From positions 87,783-151,782 of the forward strand of contig JABIEQ010000002.1 in assembly GCA_018651085.1 (NCBI GenBank): a DNA stretch of 64,000 nt, in the 5' to 3' direction. The notes below the pieces were generated by a model, which saw nothing but the letters and a program-made list of their open reading frames with translations, made no database searches and was not told where the DNA came from. The stretch comes from Candidatus Magasanikiibacteriota bacterium. GTDB taxonomy: Bacteria; Patescibacteriota; Patescibacteriia; Magasanikbacterales; UBA922. Shown here in pieces: positions 20,693-29,235 of this stretch (within the stretch, counting starts at the first letter, position 1; each line of letters opens with the position of its first letter). Both the position numbers and the translations under genes were made by a program.

Positions 20693-21064
20693 ATGATCCA
20701 ACATCAATCAATGCTCAAGGTAGCAGACAATTCAGGAGCCAAAAAGTTGATGTGTATCCGTGTTCTTGGTGGTTATAAGAAACGATATGCATGTATTGGT
20801 GACGTGATAACTTGTACGGTAAAAGAAGCCGTTCCTCGTTCTGCTGTGAAAAAAGGTGAAGTTATTCATGCTGTTATTGTTCGTCAGAGAAAAGAATTCC
20901 GTCGTAAAGATGGGTCATACGTGCGATTTGATGAGAATGCTGCGGTTGTTATTGATAGAAAAACAAAGGAACCAAAGGGAACCCGTATTTTTGGACCAAT
21001 TCCTCGAGAACTTCGAGTAAAAGGGTACCAAAAGATTGTTTCTTTAGCACCCGAAGTATTATAA
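20693..21064 (+). CDS. rplN: 50S ribosomal protein L14
   Basis: [17 protein letters not shown]. Confidence 0.95.
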   Translation: MIQHQSMLKVADNSGAKKLMCIRVLGGYKKRYACIGDVITCTVKEAVPRSAVKKGEVIHAVIVRQRKEFRRKDGSYVRFDENAAVVIDRKTKEPKGTRIFGPIPRELRVKGYQKIVSLAPEVL

Positions 21065-21068
21065 TCAT

Positions 21069-21386
21069 ATGAAAGCAAAGATTAAAACAAATGATAACGT
21101 AAAAGTCCTTACTGGGCGTGATCGCGGAAAGACCGGGAAAGTTATTCAGGTACTTACAAATAAGAAAACGAGTCAAAAGTTTGTTGTTGTTGAAAAGCTT
21201 AATATGCGAAAAAAGCATTTAAAAGCACGATCACGAACGGACAAGGGACAAATTATTGAATTACCTGCACCGATTCACATGAGTAATGTGGCAAAAATTG
21301 CAGAAAAGAAACAAACAGAAAAGAAAACTGCCCCTAAAAGTATTCCTTCTACCGCAAAAAAGGTAAAAACTACCGATAAGAAATAA
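21069..21386 (+). CDS. rplX: 50S ribosomal protein L24 (KOW)
   Basis: DNVKVLTGRDRGKTGKV. Confidence 0.92.
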   Translation: MKAKIKTNDNVKVLTGRDRGKTGKVIQVLTNKKTSQKFVVVEKLNMRKKHLKARSRTDKGQIIELPAPIHMSNVAKIAEKKQTEKKTAPKSIPSTAKKVKTTDKK

Positions 21387-21394
21387 GCTATTAT

Positions 21395-21940
21395 ATGGAA
21401 CCTGTATTATATACACAATATAAAGAAAAAATTGTTCCTGCGCTTAAAGAGCATTTTGGTTTTACCAACGTCATGCAAGTGCCTAAGATTGAAAAAATCG
21501 TTGTTAATGTTGGATACGGACGAAATCATAAGAATAAAGGATTTATTGATAATGCTGAGAAAACACTTATTGCTATTACTGGTCAAAAACCAGTACACAA
21601 TAAGTCACGAAAGGCTATTTCTAACTTTAAGATTCGTGAAGGTGTACCCGTTGGTGTGTCAGTAACACTTCGTGGAAAGGTTATGTATGAATTCTTATAC
21701 AGATTCATTAATCTTACCCTTCCTCGTATGCGAGATTTTCGTGGACTTAATGGTAAGGCATTTGATAAAAGCGGAAACTATTCTATTGGTATTAAAGAAA
21801 ACATTGCATTCCCAGAGATTACTGCGGATTCATCTGATAAGATTCATGGGTTGCAGGTAGTGATTAAGACGACAGCAACGAATAAGGACGAAGGACGAGC
21901 TCTTCTTGATTCACTTGGTTTTCCATTTAAAAAAAAGTAA
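21395..21940 (+). CDS. rplE: 50S ribosomal protein L5
   Basis: NVMQVPKIEKIVVNVG...RDFRGL. Confidence 0.95.
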   Translation: MEPVLYTQYKEKIVPALKEHFGFTNVMQVPKIEKIVVNVGYGRNHKNKGFIDNAEKTLIAITGQKPVHNKSRKAISNFKIREGVPVGVSVTLRGKVMYEFLYRFINLTLPRMRDFRGLNGKAFDKSGNYSIGIKENIAFPEITADSSDKIHGLQVVIKTTATNKDEGRALLDSLGFPFKKK

Positions 21941-21943
21941 GCT

Positions 21944-22132
21944 ATGGCTACTAAAGCACAAATTGCGAAGGGAAAAAATCCTAAACGTCACAAAAGTACG
22001 AGAACAAGAAATCGTTGTACTCTTTGTGGTCGTCCACGTGGTTTTTATCGTTTTTTTCAGATGTGTCGAATCTGTCTTCGTGAAAAAGCTAATGCTGGGG
22101 AACTTCCTGGTATGCGTAAGTCTAGTTGGTAA
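21944..22132 (+). CDS. rpsZ: 30S ribosomal protein S14 type Z (zinc-binding)
   Basis: 61 aa; CTLCGRPRG...CRIC. Confidence 0.92.
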   Translation: MATKAQIAKGKNPKRHKSTRTRNRCTLCGRPRGFYRFFQMCRICLREKANAGELPGMRKSSW

Positions 22133-22156
22133 TTTTGGATTAATATAGATGTCATT

Positions 22157-22549
22157 ATGATGACTGACCCTATTGCAGACATGTTAACCCGTATTCGTAA
22201 CGCTCAAAAGGCGAGAAAAACGGTTGTACATATCCCACACTCAAAGATGAAAAAAGCAGTTGCTGACATCTTGCTTCGTGAGGGGTATGTTAAGAGTGCA
22301 GATATAGAAGAAATGAAACCTGCCTCAATTCTTGTACTTGGACTTAAGTATGAAGGAAAAGAACCGATTATTCAGTCTATTGTTCGTGAGAGTAAACCGG
22401 GACATCGTAAGTATCGTAAGGCAGAAGAGTTGCCACGTGTGTTAAACGATTACGGTATTGCAATTATTTCTACATCACAAGGCCTTATGACGAATAAAGA
22501 TGCTCGTCAAAAAGGTATTGGTGGAGAGATTATTTGTTCTATCTATTAA
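22157..22549 (+). CDS. rpsH: 30S ribosomal protein S8
   Basis: DPIADMLTRIRNA. Confidence 0.95.
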   Translation: MMTDPIADMLTRIRNAQKARKTVVHIPHSKMKKAVADILLREGYVKSADIEEMKPASILVLGLKYEGKEPIIQSIVRESKPGHRKYRKAEELPRVLNDYGIAIISTSQGLMTNKDARQKGIGGEIICSIY

Positions 22550-22563
22550 GTAGTTTCATAGTT

Positions 22564-22600
22564 CCTCTTTTTGTGAGTGATATATACTCGCACAAAGAGG
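22564..22600 (+). promoter_or_regulatory. Stable hairpin in the rpsH-rplF spacer
   Basis: cctctttttgtgag-tgatatatac-ctcgcacaaagagg seen in sequence. Confidence 0.3.
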
Positions 22601-22627
22601 AGCTATGAAGTATTGAAACGTAATAAT

Positions 22628-23170
22628 ATGTCACGTATTGGAAAACAAACAATTGAAATTCCACAAGGTGTAACTGTTAGTGTAAACGATGGTTTACTTT
22701 CTGTTACTGGACCAAAGGGGACATTGACTCGACCTGTGCATCCTCTTGTTACTATCAATATTACTGACTCAGCTGCTACTGTTGACGTTGTCAACAAAGA
22801 AGATAAGATGGAGCGATCTTTATGGGGAACGTTTGCCGCTCATCTATTGAATATGGTAACTGGTGTCTCAAAAGGATTTACTAAAAAACTTGAAATTAAT
22901 GGTGTTGGATACCGCGTCGCTGTGCAAGGGAAAGAGTTGAAAGTGGAAGCCGGGTATTCTCATCCAGTATTATTCCCTATTCCTGAAGGGCTTACTATTT
23001 CTACAGAAAAGAATCTCATCACTATTGATGGGGCAGATAAGGAACTTGTAGGAAAAGTTGCTTCGGAAATTAGAGCTATTCGTAAACCTGAACCATATAA
23101 AGGAAAAGGTATCAAGTATATTGATGAAGTTATTCGTCGAAAGGCTGGAAAGACAGCCAAAACTGCGTAA
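22628..23170 (+). CDS. rplF: 50S ribosomal protein L6
   Basis: MSRIGKQTIEIPQGV start; the ORF-track start at 22577 is upstream extra. Confidence 0.9.
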   Translation: MSRIGKQTIEIPQGVTVSVNDGLLSVTGPKGTLTRPVHPLVTINITDSAATVDVVNKEDKMERSLWGTFAAHLLNMVTGVSKGFTKKLEINGVGYRVAVQGKELKVEAGYSHPVLFPIPEGLTISTEKNLITIDGADKELVGKVASEIRAIRKPEPYKGKGIKYIDEVIRRKAGKTAKTA

Positions 23171-23190
23171 ATTTACGCTAAACGTATTAT

Positions 23191-23565
23191 ATGAATAAAA
23201 CATTAAAAACAAGACAACAACGACGAATGCGTCGAAAAGCTCGAGTACGTGCTCGTATTTCTGGTACAGCAGCTCGTCCACGTTTGAATGTCTTTCGTAG
23301 TCTTCGTGGAATGTTTTTGCAATTGATTGATGATGCAACTGGAAAAACATTACTTAGTATTAATGCGAAAATGGATGTAAGTGGTGTTGATGCTGGTGAA
23401 CGAACTGGAAAAATGGCACAAGCATATGCGTTAGGAAAATTATTGGCAGAGCAAGCAAAAGAAAAAAATATTAATACTGTTGTTTTTGATCGTGCAGGAT
23501 TTTTATACCATGGGCGTGTAAAAGCGGCTGCTGATGGTGCACGTGATGGCGGTTTGAAATTTTAA
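23191..23565 (+). CDS. rplR: 50S ribosomal protein L18
   Basis: RPRLNVFRSLR... Confidence 0.92.
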   Translation: MNKTLKTRQQRRMRRKARVRARISGTAARPRLNVFRSLRGMFLQLIDDATGKTLLSINAKMDVSGVDAGERTGKMAQAYALGKLLAEQAKEKNINTVVFDRAGFLYHGRVKAAADGARDGGLKF

Positions 23566-23580
23566 TGTATAATCTTCCCT

Positions 23581-24162
23581 ATGGTAGATAATAGAAGAAA
23601 ACCAAAAAGACGAATGAAGCGAGAAAAACCTGAGTTTGATCAACAAATCGTTGACCTTGCTCGTGTTACTCGTGTAACAAAAGGTGGTAAACAGCTAAGC
23701 TTTCGCGTGTGTATTGTGATTGGTGACAGAAAAGGGCGCGTTGGTTATGGGATTGATAAAGGAAAAGATGTACAGATTGCTGTTGAAAAAGCTGTTCGTA
23801 AAGCAAAAAAGAACTTGTTTACTATCCCTATTTTGAAAGGAACTATTCCTCATAGAATTGAAGCAAAGTTTAAAGCAGCTCAAATTATGATGAAGCCTGC
23901 TCCACAAGGTTCTGGTATTATTGCAGGAAGTGTTGTGCGTGTTGCTCTTGAACTTGCTGGTGTTCCAAATATATCTGCTAAGATGATTGGGCGAACTACA
24001 AATAAGTTAACAAATATTCAAGCAGTATTTGCTGCATTTGGGAAGTTGAAAGTAAAAGCAGCTCCCTTGAAAAAAAGAATTCTCCCTAAAAAAGAAGAAA
24101 AAGTAGCACCAAAGAAGGAGCAAAAAGCTGCTCCAAAAGTAGCTGCCTCTAAAAAAGCGTAG
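23581..24162 (+). CDS. rpsE: 30S ribosomal protein S5 with a K/A-rich C-terminal extension; no rpmD follows
   Basis: VTRVTKGGKQLSFRV...; tail KKEEKVAPKKEQKAAPKVAASKKA. Confidence 0.92.
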   Translation: MVDNRRKPKRRMKREKPEFDQQIVDLARVTRVTKGGKQLSFRVCIVIGDRKGRVGYGIDKGKDVQIAVEKAVRKAKKNLFTIPILKGTIPHRIEAKFKAAQIMMKPAPQGSGIIAGSVVRVALELAGVPNISAKMIGRTTNKLTNIQAVFAAFGKLKVKAAPLKKRILPKKEEKVAPKKEQKAAPKVAASKKA

Positions 24163-24186
24163 TTACTATAACTTTAGACGAATTAT

Positions 24187-24630
24187 ATGGCACTTACTCC
24201 ACAAACAATTCAAACGGCTAAAAATTCACAGCGAAAAAAGAAGCGTGTTGGTCGTGGAAATGGATCCGGAAGAGGAACATATTCTGGGCGTGGTCTTAAA
24301 GGACAACGTTCTCGTTCTGGCGGAAAAAAAGGAACAAAGTTTCTTGGATTTAAATCTTCTCTTAAGAAGATTCCAAAACTTCGTGGATTTAAGAGTCCAC
24401 ATGCTAAAAAGCAAACGGTTACTCTTAAGACACTTAATAGAATTGTATCTTCTGACGACGTGATTACTCCACAGTATCTCATGAAAAAAGGCGTTGTTTC
24501 TAACGTACGAGATGGAGTAAAGATCGTGGCAACTGGCGTGATTGATAAAAAAGTACAGATTAAAGGTTGTCTTGCGACAAAGCAAGCCTTAGCCTTAATT
24601 GAAAAAGCTGGTGGGTCACTGATTGTTTAG
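24187..24630 (+). CDS. rplO: 50S ribosomal protein L15
   Basis: GRGNGSGRGTYSGRG. Confidence 0.93.
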   Translation: MALTPQTIQTAKNSQRKKKRVGRGNGSGRGTYSGRGLKGQRSRSGGKKGTKFLGFKSSLKKIPKLRGFKSPHAKKQTVTLKTLNRIVSSDDVITPQYLMKKGVVSNVRDGVKIVATGVIDKKVQIKGCLATKQALALIEKAGGSLIV

Positions 24631-24673
24631 TGACCTTTATTTATTTTAGATTATTGTTTTAGCGTCCTTTTCT

Positions 24674-25942
24674 ATGTTACATAAGTTTAAACGCATTTGG
24701 GACATCAAAGATTTACGAAATAGCATCATATTTGTACTTTTGATGCTTGTTATATTTCGTTTGGCTGCTCATATTCCTGTTCCAGGAGTAAACCCAGAAG
24801 GGTTGAGTCAGTTTTTACAAGGAAATCAGATCCTTGGTCTTTTGAATGTATTTTCTGGTGGAACATTAGAGAACTTTTCTATTGCCATGCTTGGTGTGGC
24901 TCCATACATTACATCAGCTATTATTTTCCAACTTTTGGTTCTTATTGTTCCTCGGCTTGAAGAAATGCAAAAAGAAGGACAAGCTGGTCAACAAAAGATC
25001 AACATGTATACACGTGTTGCGACTGTTCCTCTTGCAATGCTTCAAGCATTTGGACTTATTAAACTTTTAAGTCAATCTGGGCAAAACATTATTCCAAGCT
25101 TAAATTCTTGGACATTTATTGGTATTACGCTTGTTGTTACTGCTGGAACTGTATTTTTGATGTGGATTGGTGAGCTTATTACTGAAAAACGGATTGGAAA
25201 TGGTATTTCTTTACTTATTTTAGCAGGTATTATCGCGGCACTGCCTCGATTAGTTCAAAACGCGATTGTAAACTATACACCAGCTGATTTATATACGTAT
25301 ATTTTGTTTTTATTTATTGCTATTGCAACAATTATTGGTGTGGTGTTTATTAGTGAAGGGCAACGAAATATTCCTGTGCATTATGCTCGTCAAGGTGGTG
25401 GACGTGCGGTAGGGGCGGCACAATCTCATTTACCACTTCGGGTAAATACTGCTGGAGTTATTCCAATTATCTTTGCTATTTCTATTCTTATTTTTCCACA
25501 AACCGTTGCACAGTTTTTTGTGTCTGGATCTGGATGGACGGCGGAACTAGCGTTGTTTGTATCTGAATTATTTGGTAATCAATTATTTTACGGTATATTA
25601 TACTTTGTATTAGTATTTGGATTTACGTATTTTTATACTGCGGTTATTTTTCATCCACATAAGGTTGCTGAAAATCTTCAGCGTCAAGGTGGATTTATTC
25701 CTGGTATTAGACCTGGAAAAGAAACAGAAGAGTATATTGCAAAAACAATGAGTAGATTAGTTTTTGTTGGTGCGGTGTTCCTTGGTGGCGTTGCCATATT
25801 ACCACTTATTGTACAACTTGTAACAAATAGTCAATCTCTTGTTGTTGGTGGTACTGGATTATTGATTGTTGTAGCGGTTGCGATTGATATTGCAAAGCAA
25901 ATTGAAGCGCAAGTTACTCTTCACGAATACAACCGAGTATAA
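24674..25942 (+). CDS. secY: Preprotein translocase SecY
   Basis: 10-TM profile, GGTGLLI..., 422 aa, position after rplO. Confidence 0.95.
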   Translation: MLHKFKRIWDIKDLRNSIIFVLLMLVIFRLAAHIPVPGVNPEGLSQFLQGNQILGLLNVFSGGTLENFSIAMLGVAPYITSAIIFQLLVLIVPRLEEMQKEGQAGQQKINMYTRVATVPLAMLQAFGLIKLLSQSGQNIIPSLNSWTFIGITLVVTAGTVFLMWIGELITEKRIGNGISLLILAGIIAALPRLVQNAIVNYTPADLYTYILFLFIAIATIIGVVFISEGQRNIPVHYARQGGGRAVGAAQSHLPLRVNTAGVIPIIFAISILIFPQTVAQFFVSGSGWTAELALFVSELFGNQLFYGILYFVLVFGFTYFYTAVIFHPHKVAENLQRQGGFIPGIRPGKETEEYIAKTMSRLVFVGAVFLGGVAILPLIVQLVTNSQSLVVGGTGLLIVVAVAIDIAKQIEAQVTLHEYNRV

Positions 25943-26036
25943 GATTTTCCTTTTATATATAAGAAAGCCCCTGTATGGGGCTTTCTTTCTCTTTTATAGC
26001 TACTTTGTTATACTGATGATATCTTAAATTATTGGT

Positions 26037-26342
26037 TTGTCTATTTATAATATGTCTTTATTTGGCTCAATTAAGCAACATTCTAGGAAACTTTGCTATG
26101 TACCTGAAAAGAAGTTATGTGAATTAATAGCTGCAAGGAATATTTCTAGCATGGATTCAAAAGAAGAACAGGTGATTGAAAATGCTCTTCTTAGCGCACA
26201 AAAACCGGGGCATAAAATGTCTTTAGAAGATGTTTATGAAACCCTTAAGCATTTAGAAAAAGAAAGAAGTATTAGTATAAATGATCGTAAAGCAGTTATG
26301 AAAATATTTGAACAATATTTCTCTGATGAGTTTCACGTATAA
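26037..26342 (+). CDS. Hypothetical 101-aa protein inserted between secY and adk
   Basis: ORF track only. Confidence 0.3.
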   Translation: MSIYNMSLFGSIKQHSRKLCYVPEKKLCELIAARNISSMDSKEEQVIENALLSAQKPGHKMSLEDVYETLKHLEKERSISINDRKAVMKIFEQYFSDEFHV

Positions 26343-26350
26343 CACGATGT

Positions 26351-26956
26351 ATGATACCTAAAATTATTATTTTTATTGGACTTCCTGGAAGTGGAAAAGG
26401 CACACAAGCAAAAAAACTTATTGCTGAATTTCATTATGGACATATTTCAACAGGTGATCTTCTTCGTGCACTTGATACTGATCCTGATGGTAATTTGCAT
26501 GATAAAGAAGCGTTGCAGACTATGAAATCTGGTGGTATGGTGTCTAACGAATTAATTTATAAGTTAGCATTTTCTGAAATGGAAAAATGCTTTAGTGAAG
26601 ATCGAGGTGTTGTGCTTGATGGTGCTATTCGTAATATTGATCAAGCAAAATATTATCAGCAATTTTTTGTAGAAAAAGGATTAGAAAGTTCTTTACGTGT
26701 CTTTGATGTACGTATTCCTGATGATGTTGTGTTTAATCGTATTATGGCTCGTATTGAAAACGATAAGGCACGAGGAAAGGCATTACGGGCTGATGATACA
26801 CCGGAAAAGATTAAAAAACGTATTTTAGAACAAGGTCATGAACTTATGCCACCGATTTTATCGTATTATAAAGATATGGGAGTGCTTGTTGATATTGATG
26901 GTACTGATACGATTGATGGTGTTGAAAAACAGATTCGTGACTCATTAGAGATATAA
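26351..26956 (+). CDS. adk: Adenylate kinase
   Basis: IIIFIGLPGSGKGTQA P-loop. Confidence 0.93.
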   Translation: MIPKIIIFIGLPGSGKGTQAKKLIAEFHYGHISTGDLLRALDTDPDGNLHDKEALQTMKSGGMVSNELIYKLAFSEMEKCFSEDRGVVLDGAIRNIDQAKYYQQFFVEKGLESSLRVFDVRIPDDVVFNRIMARIENDKARGKALRADDTPEKIKKRILEQGHELMPPILSYYKDMGVLVDIDGTDTIDGVEKQIRDSLEI

Positions 26957-26959
26957 TAT

Positions 26960-27751
26960 ATGTATATTAAGTCAGAAAGTGATATTGCAAAACTTATTGA
27001 AGGGGGAAAGCATCTTGGTGAAATCCTTGAAGTATTGTCTTTAATGGTTGCCCCTGGTGTGTCTGCATGGGAAATTGATCAAGTTGCTGAAAAACGCATC
27101 CGTGCTATTGGTGGAAGACCAGCATTTAAGGGATATAAAAGTGGAAAAGGTGGTACACCATTTCCTTCGACTGTTTGTTTCTCTCGTAACGAAGAAGTTG
27201 TTCATGGTATTGCATCAAAAAACAAAATAATTCAAAAAGGGGACATTATTACGATTGATATTGGAATGGAGTACCCTGCAAAAAATGGATGTTTTACTGA
27301 TACGGCGATCACTGTTCTTGTAGAACCGGTTGATAAAAAGGTGTCTGCCATGCTTGATGTTGCGAATGCTTCTCTTGAAAAAGGGATTTCTCTTATGCGA
27401 CCTGGTTATACAGTTGCTGATATTGGAAAAATTATTGAAGACACTATTACGCCACATGGGTATGGCATTGTTCGTGATTTATCAGGGCACGGTGTAGGAC
27501 ACGGTGTACATGAAGATCCTTGGGTTCCTAATTATTATGAAAAATCTCTTAAAAAATGGGTGCTTGAACCAGGAGTTGTTCTTGCTATTGAACCAATGAT
27601 TACGCTTGGTACTCACGCTATTACGACGGCTGACGATGGGTGGGGGATTATTACGACGGATAAGAGTTTGTCAGTGCATACTGAACATACGGTTATTGTG
27701 ACAAAAGGGGATCCTCTTATTGTTACTCGTCGTCCTAGTGAATTATCATAA
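26960..27751 (+). CDS. map: Methionine aminopeptidase type I
   Basis: pita-bread fold motifs DIGMEY..., HGVGH..., 263 aa. Confidence 0.92.
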   Translation: MYIKSESDIAKLIEGGKHLGEILEVLSLMVAPGVSAWEIDQVAEKRIRAIGGRPAFKGYKSGKGGTPFPSTVCFSRNEEVVHGIASKNKIIQKGDIITIDIGMEYPAKNGCFTDTAITVLVEPVDKKVSAMLDVANASLEKGISLMRPGYTVADIGKIIEDTITPHGYGIVRDLSGHGVGHGVHEDPWVPNYYEKSLKKWVLEPGVVLAIEPMITLGTHAITTADDGWGIITTDKSLSVHTEHTVIVTKGDPLIVTRRPSELS

Positions 27752-27756
27752 TATAT

Positions 27757-28140
27757 ATGAATGTTTTAGGTGTTGATTATGGGACAAAACGTATTGGACT
27801 TGCCTGGGCAGATGATGCTATGGGGTTTGTGCTTCCTTATGGGGTCCTTGTTGATTCTCATACGACTAAAGAGGAGCAATTGCGCGCTCTTATCAAGGAA
27901 GAAAGAATTAATAAGGTTGTGGTGGGGTTACCTATTGGATTAGATGGAGAAGATAAGGTACGAACGCTTGCTACGAGAATGTTTGTTCATGATTTAGAAG
28001 AGCATCTTTCTATTCCTGTTACCGTTTATGATGAACGGTTTTCTTCAAAACAAGCAGATAATATGGGAGGGGATGCGAGTCGAGATGAAAAAGCTGCAAT
28101 GGTTATTTTACAAAGTTATATTAGTTCACCTAATACGTAG
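27757..28140 (+). CDS. ruvX: Holliday-junction resolvase-like YqgF/RuvX
   Basis: MNVLGVDYGTKRIGLAWAD. Confidence 0.85.
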   Translation: MNVLGVDYGTKRIGLAWADDAMGFVLPYGVLVDSHTTKEEQLRALIKEERINKVVVGLPIGLDGEDKVRTLATRMFVHDLEEHLSIPVTVYDERFSSKQADNMGGDASRDEKAAMVILQSYISSPNT

Positions 28141-28143
28141 TGT

Positions 28144-28893
28144 ATGCAGGCGATTGTTCTTGCACGCCGAAATGTTCGTGAGGTTGATCAAATTATTTCT
28201 GTCTATACGGCAGAATATGGAAGACGAGATCTTTTTGCGCGTGGTGTAAAGAAAATTACCAGTAAAAATACGGCCCATTTGGAGCCGTTTTCTTTTGTGC
28301 ACGTTGGTATTGCTAAGGGACGTGATATGGATCATGTGACAAATGTGCAACCAATTGAATATTTTTCTTCTATTCGTCTTGATATAGATAAATTGTCTCT
28401 TGCTAATTATGTGGTTTCTCTTTGTGCTAGAGTGTTTGAACAAAATCATCCTGATCATCATCTTTTTACTCTTTTACTGACATGGCTTTCTTCGCTTAAT
28501 ACATCAAGATCTACAAATATTTTTGTCTTGGATGCTTTTATAATCTTATTTTTATCTCATCTTGGTTTTTATCCTTCATTTGATGTTTGCGTGTCGTGTG
28601 AAAAACAACTTGATGCAGATCACGATAAGTACCTTGGTTTTTCTATTTCAAGTGGGGGGCTTATTTGTCGATCTTGTCGTGTGACATATATGAATCAACA
28701 TATGCCTATTGTTTCATTTACTCCTCATTTTCGGCGGATATTTCGCGGTATCTTTTCTTCTGATATGGATGTCATTTGTAGAATGCATGTACCTAAAGAT
28801 GTAGAGGATAAGTTTCATACTCTTGTGTATTCTTTTTTGACGTATCATTTAGGTGTGCACATACCTATTTTTTCTTTTTTAGGTGAAGAGTAG
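28144..28893 (+). CDS. recO: DNA repair protein RecO
   Basis: N-terminal OB fold plus C4 zinc finger CVSCEK...CRSCR. Confidence 0.8.
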   Translation: MQAIVLARRNVREVDQIISVYTAEYGRRDLFARGVKKITSKNTAHLEPFSFVHVGIAKGRDMDHVTNVQPIEYFSSIRLDIDKLSLANYVVSLCARVFEQNHPDHHLFTLLLTWLSSLNTSRSTNIFVLDAFIILFLSHLGFYPSFDVCVSCEKQLDADHDKYLGFSISSGGLICRSCRVTYMNQHMPIVSFTPHFRRIFRGIFSSDMDVICRMHVPKDVEDKFHTLVYSFLTYHLGVHIPIFSFLGEE

Positions 28894-28902
28894 GTTGTTT
28901 AT

Positions 28903-29050
28903 TTGACAATTTATATAGTTATGTTATAGTCAATTTATTATGATCTACCAGATACATATCAATAATAATAACGGAAATAATAACTGCCACTAAGTGCGGA
29001 TTGATTTGTATATACATAAAACATACGAATAACCGCCTAAGGGCGGTTTT
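28903..29050 (+). promoter_or_regulatory. Candidate Asn-responsive attenuator: promoter (TTGACA-N16-TATAGT), near-leaderless 17-codon leader ORF with 7 Asn codons (28940-28993), and an intrinsic terminator (29031-29050)
   Basis: ATG ATC TAC CAG ATA CAT ATC AAT AAT AAT AAC GGA AAT AAT AAC TGC CAC TAA read directly; terminator aaccgcc-taag-ggcggtt-TTTTTT; upstream gtgcggatt could pair alternatively with aaccgcc. Confidence 0.4.
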
Positions 29051-29054
29051 TTAT

Positions 29055-29127
29055 TCCCCTGTAGTTCAATTGGTAGAACGTCGTGCTGTTAACGCGAATG
29101 TTGTAGGTTCGAACCCTGCTGGGGGAG
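29055..29127 (+). tRNA. tRNA-Asn (GTT)
   Basis: manual cloverleaf: acceptor TCCCCTG/TGGGGGA, anticodon loop CTGTTAA, T-loop GGTTCGAAC; CCA not encoded. Confidence 0.85.
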
Positions 29128-29235
29128 CTAATGTTAATTATTTATAAATATTTCAGGTCATTTTGGCTACACACCGCATTATATTGCGCTAGCATCATAA
29201 TCATGGTACGCTATTTTCACTGTTAACTTTTTTTT

